Source: a bacterium
Lineage (GTDB): Bacteria > SZUA-182 > DTGQ01
Assembly: GCA_040752695.1 (NCBI GenBank)
Contig: JBFMGO010000133.1
Span: 1-14,807, forward strand
Direction of reading: 5' to 3'
DNA length: 14,807 nt
The stretch's first letter is position 1, and each line of letters starts with the position of its first letter. Of this stretch, positions 7,427 through 14,807 are shown in pieces. Below the pieces are notes generated by a model. The model searched no databases. It worked only from the letters and a program-made list of their open reading frames with translations, and had not been told where the DNA came from. The position numbers and the translations under genes were made by a program.

Positions 7427-9106
7427 CTAAAACTGAGCAGCAACCCGATGTTCACCGTAAATCTCACGTAGTACCTGACAGATTTCACCTATTGTCGCAT
7501 ACACTCTCACCGCCTCTAGGATAGGCTCCACCATATTCTGTCCCCTCGAAGCCGCTTCCCGGACACCAGCTAACGTCTCCTTGACCTCTGCGCCGTCTCG
7601 TTCCGCCTTCAGAGTCCTCAGTCTCGCCAACTGACGTTCTTCCACCCGGTGATTCACCCGAAAAGCCCCTGGCGGAAAATTTTCCTCGCTCTTAAAAATG
7701 TTCACGCCCACAGAAACCCGTTCACCAGTTTCAAACTCCCGCTGCCGCTTGACCGCCCCCCGGGTAATAACCCCCTGACAATACCCTTTTTCAATTGCCG
7801 AGAGGGCTCCGCCTAGTTCCTCCACCTTTGCCATTTCCGCAAGGATGCCCCTCTCGATCTCCTTGGTCAGACTCTCCACATAGTATGACCCGCCCAGTGG
7901 GTCCACGGTCCTGGAAAATCCTAACTCATGGGCAATGATCTGAAGGGTACGAATGGACACCTTGCAGGCTTCATCATTAGGCGTCGCCATCGCTTCGTCA
8001 TAGGAGGCGTCATAAAGGAACTGAACCCCGCCCAGTGCATATGCCAGAGCGGCAAAGGCAATTCTGACAATATTGTTCTTCGGTTCCTTGAGAGTCTCTC
8101 CTCCATGGGAATAGGATGTAAATTTGAGCGCCATTGAATGGTGATTTTTTGCGTCAAAGCGATCCCGCATCAAACAGGCCCAGATCTTCCGAGCTGCCCG
8201 ACAGTTGGCAATCGTTATAAAAAAATCCTCCCGCTCATCCAGAAACATACCCAGCAAGGGAGCGATCTGCTCGATCTTGAGACCGCGCTGCAACAAATCA
8301 CCGATGTACACCAGCCCGTTTGATATCGCGAAGGCCGTGCCCTTGGTTGACCCTGATCCCGAGGCGTTGATATGGTTCGCACACAAGGTCATCGGATACC
8401 AGTGAGGGGCTTTCAAGGCGCAGTATTCGACGGTATCGCAGGCAAAATGAACCGCTCGATCTATCGGAAAAATGTAGGTCCCACGGGCAATATACTCCTT
8501 AATCGGATCGTTCTGCAGGTCGACCACATAATCCGCAGGCTTCAGACCCTGCTTCTCCCCCAAAGCAATGAGTAACGCTAACGCAATAGGACCAATTGAA
8601 TTTCCCATCATCCCGACCCGTTTGAAGCTGTTGAGGGGAAGTCCATCAAAAAGGATTTCCATGTCCCGGAGGGAATTGAGCGACACGCCGACGCGGCCGA
8701 TCTCCCCCTTAGACATGATATGATCGGAATCATAACCGATCTGGCTGGGCAGATCCGAGGCAATTTGCACCTCGTCAGCCCCCCAGGCAAGGATTTTTTT
8801 ATATCGTTCGTTGCTGTCCTCCGGTGTGCCAAAACCGGAATAAATCCGGACATGGAACGGCTCACCCCGGTTCATGCTGGGATTGATCCCCCGCGTATAT
8901 GGAAACTCCCCCGGAAAGCCAAGATCCTTTTCATAATCAAATCCCTGCTCACCCAAATCCAGCGGCGTATAAACCGGTTTCACCTCAATGCCTGCATCTG
9001 TTACGAACCGCTGCCGTCGTTCGGGCTTATCCTTAATGTAGTTTGCTCTGATCTCCTTCTCCCAGCGTTGCTGAGAAATAGACAGCGTCTTGCGAGATTC
9101 ACCCAC
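7427..9106 (-). CDS. Methylmalonyl-CoA mutase family large (substrate-binding) subunit, divergent; substrate unknown
   Basis: 559 aa; PGEFPYTRG, DLPSQIGYDSD, QNDPIKEYIARGTYIFP, NNIVR, YDEA, DPLGGSYYVESLT, VGVN and ATIGEI motifs; no fused B12 domain; GTG start with GGGGTG RBS. Confidence 0.93.
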   Translation of the reverse strand: MGESRKTLSISQQRWEKEIRANYIKDKPERRQRFVTDAGIEVKPVYTPLDLGEQGFDYEKDLGFPGEFPYTRGINPSMNRGEPFHVRIYSGFGTPEDSNERYKKILAWGADEVQIASDLPSQIGYDSDHIMSKGEIGRVGVSLNSLRDMEILFDGLPLNSFKRVGMMGNSIGPIALALLIALGEKQGLKPADYVVDLQNDPIKEYIARGTYIFPIDRAVHFACDTVEYCALKAPHWYPMTLCANHINASGSGSTKGTAFAISNGLVYIGDLLQRGLKIEQIAPLLGMFLDEREDFFITIANCRAARKIWACLMRDRFDAKNHHSMALKFTSYSHGGETLKEPKNNIVRIAFAALAYALGGVQFLYDASYDEAMATPNDEACKVSIRTLQIIAHELGFSRTVDPLGGSYYVESLTKEIERGILAEMAKVEELGGALSAIEKGYCQGVITRGAVKRQREFETGERVSVGVNIFKSEENFPPGAFRVNHRVEERQLARLRTLKAERDGAEVKETLAGVREAASRGQNMVEPILEAVRVYATIGEICQVLREIYGEHRVAAQF

Positions 9107-9190
9107 TCTTTCACCCCCTTTCCTAAATATCTCAACAATATTTTTCTATCCTGAATCTGGGATAATGCCCTTACATAATTTTATAGACCC

Positions 9191-9204
9191 GTTGAATATT
9201 CAAC
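9191..9204. promoter_or_regulatory. Perfect 14-bp palindrome upstream of the mutase, candidate operator
   Basis: GTTGAATATTCAAC is self-complementary and lies about 85 bp upstream of the mutase start. Confidence 0.45.
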
Positions 9205-9492
9205 AGATAGTGTCGCAAGTTAAGTTGGCATTTTCTACACTTTCCGAGTAGTCTCATTTTCGTAATTTGTTGGAGTGGTACTCATTACATCATGTAACCC
9301 TCAAGAGATTATCTTAAAAACGATCTGGCATCCTGCAATATATCCATAAAACGGTGATTTTTAATTCTTTCAGGGAACACGATATCGAGCCCCGAGATCT
9401 CACCGCCGTGCCCCTACCGGCGACACATGTCATGATCTAACAACCACAAATTCACCAAACTTTTTCTCAACAATGAGCTGACTGAGATATTT

Positions 9493-10220
9493 TCAAACCA
9501 TTACTCCTATTCCCTCTATCCAGGCAACAATTCCGCCACCAATAAAAGCTATTAAAAGACCTATAAATAATTCTTTACGACTGCCACCTGCCTGTATAAA
9601 ACCCATTGCATGAATCTTCATTCCTTCTCTATATAAAGACACGGCATTAACAGCAAATAACGTTAATTCTTTAATCTTTCGTGACAATGTGCCGTCTGTT
9701 AAAATCTTATTCCGCCAATTATAATATAATTCGACACCGCGGGGTATAGTCTCATCTAATAATCTAATCCAGTCTGGAACACTTCCCATGTTTTTACGAA
9801 AATAGCATAGAATATCTACACCAGTCATTTTAGTATCATTATTAACAAACGGTAATTTATTTCCATCTTGTTTATCCGATAGTATACCAGCCTCCAAGGC
9901 AGTTATTAGCGCTACTGGCCCTCTGGATATTAATACTGTAGATATAATATCTAATAGTTCAACTCTTGTTATTTGTTGTTCCTCGCATATATTAGCTACT
10001 TCGCGAAGTAAGCTACTACGCCCTTGCGATAGGCATATGCCAATCAAAACTAAATATTTCTCCTTATTCGGCAATACGCCATTATTCCAAATAGTGGCAA
10101 TAGGTCACTATAGCATATACCCATTTGAGGTAGTTGAACCTTAAAAGGCTTTATCCAAGCTGTATTCAGGCCAAAAATCTCACGCATAATGACTACTGAT
10201 TCAACATTTCTCTCTTTCAT
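9493..10220 (-). pseudogene. Tandem carboxymuconolactone-decarboxylase/AhpD-like domain protein, frameshifted near 10100
   Basis: ATG 10220 with GGAGG RBS reads MKERNVESVVIMREIFGLNTAWIKPFKVQLPQMGICYSDL, then a shifted frame continues ATIWNNGVLPNKEKYLV into the 193-aa ORF; span 728 nt (1 nt short); DGTLSRKIKEL and HAMGFIQAGGSRKEL are CMD-like. Confidence 0.75.
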
Positions 10221-10267
10221 TCAGATTACCCTCCGACTAAAATACTAACAGATATAAACTGTATTGG

Positions 10268-11242
10268 TTACCTATTAAGATAGTTTTTAAACATACTGAT
10301 GTATTCTGTCAGACCTGCCTTAATATCATAGAGAGGGTCATATCCTAACTGCTCCTTGGCTCTACCAATGTTGATCATAGCTCTATATTTTAATTCTTTT
10401 TCATTCCAGCCATTCATCTCCTCTCCAATTTCTATATTACAATTAGGGATCTGTTCCTTAATTAGTGGCAATAGCATCGCCGGTGTCACTAGCTCCTTCC
10501 CGGTAGCAACGAGAAAGATACTGTCTTTAGGAGGCTCCCTAAACAAGGCTTTTATAACAGCCTGAGTTACATCGAGAACATGAGTATAGTCTCTTGGGAA
10601 ATTAAGGCCGGTTTCAATACGAGTGGACAAATTTTTTAAGGAGTTCTCAACCATCGGTTTTATATACATTGGATACTGCATACCAAAACCGTAAACGGCT
10701 GATGGTCGTAATGCAATAAACTTAAACCCAAAAGCCGAAGCGTAGCTCAAACCAAACGCTTCACTTGCCAACTTTGAGGCGCTATACGGTCCATTCCCCG
10801 GCCCTTCACTAGCTGAAATCACAGGATGGTTTTCATCTATTGGCTCGTATTTCTTGCTAGTAAAGATGCCATTCGTGCTTAAATAAATAATTCGCTCTAA
10901 TCCTTCTATTCGGGCAGCCTCTAATACATTCAATGTGCCACCAAAGTTTATTCGATATGCCATCATAGGGTTCTGTAATAGATATGGTGGATCAACTATG
11001 GATGCTGCGTGTACAATCATCTGAATGCGATTCTCTTTGACTACCCTGATAACAGCTGATAAATCCTCAATAGTACCACGACAGAATTTAACATCAGGCA
11101 ATTCTTTCCGTAGTAACCAAGCCTGTTCCTGGATTGGCGGTCTCACATCAAATGCTACAACTTCACAGCCCTTTTTGACCAATTCTCGAACAACATACGA
11201 TCCTATAAATCCGCTACTCCCCGTCACCATTATCGACGCCAT
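10268..11242 (-). CDS. NAD-dependent epimerase/dehydratase (extended SDR)
   Basis: VTGSSGFIG, HAAS, YSASK (YxxxK), LRPSAVYG and RDYTHVLD; ATG 11242 is better spaced from GGAGG than GTG 11245. Confidence 0.92.
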   Translation of the reverse strand: MASIMVTGSSGFIGSYVVRELVKKGCEVVAFDVRPPIQEQAWLLRKELPDVKFCRGTIEDLSAVIRVVKENRIQMIVHAASIVDPPYLLQNPMMAYRINFGGTLNVLEAARIEGLERIIYLSTNGIFTSKKYEPIDENHPVISASEGPGNGPYSASKLASEAFGLSYASAFGFKFIALRPSAVYGFGMQYPMYIKPMVENSLKNLSTRIETGLNFPRDYTHVLDVTQAVIKALFREPPKDSIFLVATGKELVTPAMLLPLIKEQIPNCNIEIGEEMNGWNEKELKYRAMINIGRAKEQLGYDPLYDIKAGLTEYISMFKNYLNR

Positions 11243-11275
11243 CACTTCCTCCCTTATGTTTCAAGCCAGAGGATA

Positions 11276-11493
11276 TTAATCATTCTGTGCAGTTTTTGAT
11301 GTCCCCATGTAAACTTGAATGATTTCATCTGTTTTTGAAAGCTCTGCCTTCGTGCCCTCCATCCTAAGATGCCCCCCATCAAGGAGGTAAGCATAATCAG
11401 CCAGTTGTATACCAAGATGTGCATTTTGCTCCACCATGATTATTGAAACATTTTTTCTTTGTTGACTTTATGGACGACACCTGCAACATTTAT
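11276..11493 (-). pseudogene. C-terminal remnant of a LivF-type ABC transporter ATPase
   Basis: Manual translation INVAGVVHKVNKEK/NVSIIMVEQNAHLGIQLADYAYLLDGGHLRMEGTKAELSKTDEIIQVYMGTSKTAQND*; VEQN switch motif and terminal YxG; frameshift in the homopolymer at 11451-11456; 5' boundary approximate. Confidence 0.85.
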
Positions 11494-11699
11494 TAATTGA
11501 ATATAACTTCTTCTCGAAACTTACGTTTAAAACTGCGGGCTTAGTGTTCGCTCCCGCTGAAGCTACTCCGACATGCCTTACTTATCCAGTTTTTCAATCG
11601 TCTTTTACGAAACCCGGAATCGACCTCAATAGCGGAACGCTCTATGTTGCCTGCCGCGGATTTCAGCAATTAATTAGATCAATCAGAGATTTCTTAATG

Positions 11700-12455
11700 C
11701 TATAAAGAACTATCCTTAAATATCTCAAAGGCCGTTTTATCATGTGCCGGCAACACTTCGGCGCCGTACCTCTCTATTTTAACAAAGGAATCAAAACAGT
11801 CCTGTAAATCTGTATGCAGGCCACAAGGCAGTCTATTTTGCCAGTTCTCGATAGTATTAATCAAATCACCGGCTATCAAAAATCTTCCTTGCAACGCATC
11901 AATTAATACTCCTTGAGACCCTGGCGAGTGACCCGGCAGTAACACTGTCGATATACCGTCATCAATGACGACATCTCCGTCAATGATTTCCATCTGATTG
12001 TAATACATTAGGAAAAAAGGGATTCGCTCCTTGATATTTGTTTCATAGATTTTCGCATCAAGCGGGTTTGGATTAACCGCATATCTGATTTCTTTACTTT
12101 GCACATACACCTTGGCATTCGGCAGCTTATTCACACCATAGGCATGGTCCCAATGCAGATGGGTCAAAATAACAACCCCAATTTCCTCCGGGCTGATGCA
12201 GTATTTTTTTAAGGCTGGTAGCAAATACTGCTCATCCCGCTCTCGGATGCTGGGCACATGATACTTTCTGCTCCATGCCTCATCTTCGGCTGGTCCGGTA
12301 TCAACCAGAATCTTTCTACCATCGTTTGTATTAATTAGCAGCCATACGATAGAAACATTGTCCACCTTCTCCCCTGCACGATAATCAGCTTTCATTATAT
12401 TGCTACATCTAGCCACTTCAAGTATTCCCATATCCAGAGGTATAATCTTCCACAT
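11700..12455 (-). CDS. Metallo-beta-lactamase-fold hydrolase, N-acyl-homoserine-lactonase-like family
   Basis: LVDTG, THLHWDH (HxHxDH), PGHSPG, AGD and PAHD metal-binding motifs. Confidence 0.9.
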   Translation of the reverse strand: MWKIIPLDMGILEVARCSNIMKADYRAGEKVDNVSIVWLLINTNDGRKILVDTGPAEDEAWSRKYHVPSIRERDEQYLLPALKKYCISPEEIGVVILTHLHWDHAYGVNKLPNAKVYVQSKEIRYAVNPNPLDAKIYETNIKERIPFFLMYYNQMEIIDGDVVIDDGISTVLLPGHSPGSQGVLIDALQGRFLIAGDLINTIENWQNRLPCGLHTDLQDCFDSFVKIERYGAEVLPAHDKTAFEIFKDSSL

Positions 12456-12509
12456 AGACTTAACCGTCCTTTCTGTGCTAACAAATTAATTTTTACCTAA
12501 TAACATGGG

Positions 12510-13568
12510 TCATGGATAGATGAGCACCTTCATTCCCACGCAGTCTTCTACTGTTTTAAATGCTTCTTCTATTCGATCTATTGGGAATTTATGCGTAATT
12601 GCCGCTTCAAATCTGGCCTTATTAACATCATCCAACGATATCAATAATTTGATTAATTCTCTCCACAGCTTGGGCGGTAGTACATGTGTACCCGACATTC
12701 TTATTTCATTCCTTACCAGCGTTATAAAATCAGCTGTCAGCGGCTTGGAGGCTATGCCAATCAATACAATAATCGCTCTTTTCTTGGCTAACGATATGGC
12801 GTTTGACAGGCCGCCCCCGGAACCCGATATTTCCAAAATTACATCTGCGCCCACCCCATTACTAACCTCACTGGTATGGTCCAATAAATCCTCAGTGTTA
12901 GTAAAGATATTGATACCAGGTATGTTGTTCTTGAATATCTTTAACCTTGGGGCATCCTGGGGTAAGCCTGAGATGCTTATATCAACCGCACCTGCCAGAT
13001 AAGCAAACATAGAAGCGTAATAACCGATAGCCCCCGGACCGATTATCACAACATTCTTTCCAAGCAATGAGCCTGCTTTAAACAGAGCATTATAAGCAAC
13101 CGACATCGGTTCAATAGTAGCACCCAGAGCTACCGAAAAATCTTTGGGCAAAACAAAGCATTGATTTTTGTCAATCAAAACATGCTTCGCCATAGCACCT
13201 GGGTATTCCAGGCCAATGGGTTTTCTGTTCAGACATATTTCTCTGCTACCATTATGGCAATAATAACAATTGCCGCAACCCCCTGCTGGAATTACCACTA
13301 TACGATCCCCCACTGAAATTTCATCGCTTGTTCCGTCCATTTCTTCGATAGTACCCGTAAATTCATGCCCAAGAATTATTGGCAACCGATCTCCCAATCG
13401 CTTCTGATAGCCAACTTCCCAATTGTAAATATGAATATCCGTTCCGCAGATACCTACAGCATCAACTCGTGCAACAGCATGACCAGTTTTTAGCTTTGGC
13501 TTTTCCACATCTTTGACGGCAATCTCTTTTGGTATAGGATCAGTTTTTAATACAGCAAGCATTGTCAT
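12510..13568 (-). CDS. Zn-dependent medium-chain dehydrogenase (threonine/sorbitol dehydrogenase-like)
   Basis: GICGTDIH, GHEFTG, CGNCYYC...C structural Zn site, IEP and GPGAIG. Confidence 0.92.
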   Translation of the reverse strand: MTMLAVLKTDPIPKEIAVKDVEKPKLKTGHAVARVDAVGICGTDIHIYNWEVGYQKRLGDRLPIILGHEFTGTIEEMDGTSDEISVGDRIVVIPAGGCGNCYYCHNGSREICLNRKPIGLEYPGAMAKHVLIDKNQCFVLPKDFSVALGATIEPMSVAYNALFKAGSLLGKNVVIIGPGAIGYYASMFAYLAGAVDISISGLPQDAPRLKIFKNNIPGINIFTNTEDLLDHTSEVSNGVGADVILEISGSGGGLSNAISLAKKRAIIVLIGIASKPLTADFITLVRNEIRMSGTHVLPPKLWRELIKLLISLDDVNKARFEAAITHKFPIDRIEEAFKTVEDCVGMKVLIYP

Positions 13569-13612
13569 TTCCTCTTCGTCAATAGGTGGACACCAAACAT
13601 TTCATGTTTTTA

Positions 13613-14425
13613 GGACTTATCTCAAAAGATAAATGGACATAACATTCTGATTATGTAATATAAACAGAATGGAACTGACAAACGCGCAATGGAATCGAGT
13701 AGAGTCCATAGTGCACTCAATAAAACTGCTAAAACATCCACAGAGTAGTAGACTACGCGATTCGTATTAAATTTAACCGGAATCCCATGAGAGGATTTGC
13801 TTATGCGGTATCCGATACACCAGACATGCCGCAGGAGCTTCCGGCAATGGGTTAGATTGGAAGTTTTGAGGCGTATAGGCCAAGAGCTGGCACAGGATCT
13901 ATATAAACCAAATAGAATCAATATTAGCGATGTTTTCATTGACAGAACTTTTGTCCCAGCAAAAGAAGGGGCTTTGCTGTCGGTAAAACAAAGCACGGCA
14001 TAATCACCGAGGCCATGAGCATCGCCGACACTGCTGACTCCTTCGTCTCTACTAACATTAAGAGCGCTACACTTTATGAGATAAAGTTGGTGGAGACGAC
14101 CATTAATAATGGTTTTACCCGCGATGTTTCTGATCGTCTTATTTGTGGTAAGGCATACGACAGTAATGGAGTTGATAAGTGCCTTTTGGACGAAGGCGAC
14201 ATTGAAGTGGTTTCCCCGCACCGACATAAGCGAGGCAAACAATACACTCAAGACAGAAGAAAGCTTCGATGGTATAAGCACTGATGGTAGGTCTAACACC
14301 TGTTTGCCTGGGTTCAAAACTTCAGACGCTTGGATGTTCGTTACGAATACCATACTGAAAACTTTCTCGGTTTGTTGCAGCTCGGTTTTACAATCATGCT
14401 ACTTCGATTATTTTGAGATGGCTTC
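13613..14425 (+). mobile_element. Degenerate IS5-family insertion sequence (two-frame transposase type), about 0.8 kb
   Basis: Ends taggacttatctcaaaa (13611-13627) and ttttgagatggcttcta (14411-14427) match 13/17 as inverted repeats including a flanking TA on each side. Confidence 0.85.
13760..14416 (+). pseudogene. IS5-family DDE transposase pseudogene
   Basis: QTCRRSFRQW and FIDRTFVPAK, then after a frame change at aaaagaagggg (13961-13971) VGKTK, GKAYDS, SPHR and [17 protein letters not shown]; several in-frame stops; 5' boundary approximate. Confidence 0.88.
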
Positions 14426-14580
14426 TAATCTTTTTAATACATGAGCTATCATTCAAAACAGCAGGGAACAAGAAGGCGCATTCGGCCTGTTTGCTTTACC
14501 TGTTGAAAAAAATCGATTTGCTTGTAATAATCTATATTCTAAATTCGTCAGCGTGTTGTCTTTTTATCGTCCATCCTTCC

Positions 14581-14807
14581 TTAATGCTTATCGATTGCCC
14601 TTACAAATTCGACAATCTCTTTCAATGAGCTACCGGCGGGGTAAATCTCTCTGACACCTATCTCTTTCAGAACCAAGATATCCTCCACCGGAATCACCCC
14701 TCCTCCAATCACAACAATCTCACCCGCGCTCCTCGCCTTTAGAAGACGGAGGATCTCCGGGAAAAAGGTCATGTGGGCACCGGATAGAATGCTGATCCCA
14801 ATAACAT
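14581..14807 (-). CDS. Cobalamin-binding mutase small subunit, 3' part (5' end outside the window)
   Basis: Frame is open to the window edge: VIGISILSGAHMTFFP...VVIGGGVIPVED...GVREIYPAG; SxLxGxH and GGG motifs of B12-binding domains. Confidence 0.92.
   Translation of the reverse strand, partial: VIGISILSGAHMTFFPEILRLLKARSAGEIVVIGGGVIPVEDILVLKEIGVREIYPAGSSLKEIVEFVRAIDKH

Noticed and set aside
7427..9106. Naming the gene as a canonical methylmalonyl-CoA, isobutyryl-CoA or 2-hydroxyisobutyryl-CoA mutase
   Set aside because: Active-site strands fit none of the remembered signatures (RQY/RQF/RQI with conserved GYH, HxQT, SLHTN)
9404..9417. GTAG-type REP half (minus strand GTAGGGGCACGGCG)
   Set aside because: Only one arm is present, single copy, and no RAYT gene in the window
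11700..12455. Quorum-quenching or beta-lactam-resistance function
   Set aside because: Motifs only support the fold; the metabolic context favours a catabolic lactonase
298..13002. Many plus-strand ORFs (e.g. 684-1160, 3643-4125, 4237-4863, 8720-9154, 12520-13002)
   Set aside because: Antisense shadows of well-supported minus-strand genes with no recognisable motifs
1..14807. CRISPR array, tRNA, rRNA or defence system
   Set aside because: No regularly spaced repeats, cloverleaf or rRNA-like sequence, and no defence-type domains recognised

Overview
A mosaic, partly decaying catabolic gene region from an anaerobe-like bacterium (taxonomy not determinable), with all metabolic genes on the minus strand. 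Read right to left: 3' part of a cobalamin-binding mutase small subunit, a degenerate IS5-family element, a Zn-dependent dehydrogenase, a metallo-beta-lactamase-fold lactonase-like protein, a LivF-type ABC ATPase remnant, an NAD-dependent epimerase/dehydratase, a frameshifted tandem-CMD/AhpD-like gene, a methylmalonyl-CoA-mutase-family large subunit, a truncated second small subunit gene, a TRAP transporter (dctPQM), an Asp/Glu/hydantoin racemase-family gene, an SDR fragment, a secreted acetamidase/formamidase, an IS200/IS605 remnant and a second, 96% identical racemase copy. The most interesting signal is the B12 mutase. Its cobalamin-facing motifs and the Tyr/Arg carboxylate-binding pair are kept, but all eight barrel strands that normally line the CoA channel are rewritten. 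It is followed by a carboxylate TRAP system and a duplicated racemase homolog lacking the second catalytic Cys, suggesting an uncharacterised, possibly CoA-independent, B12-radical pathway. All alignments were done by eye against remembered consensus motifs.
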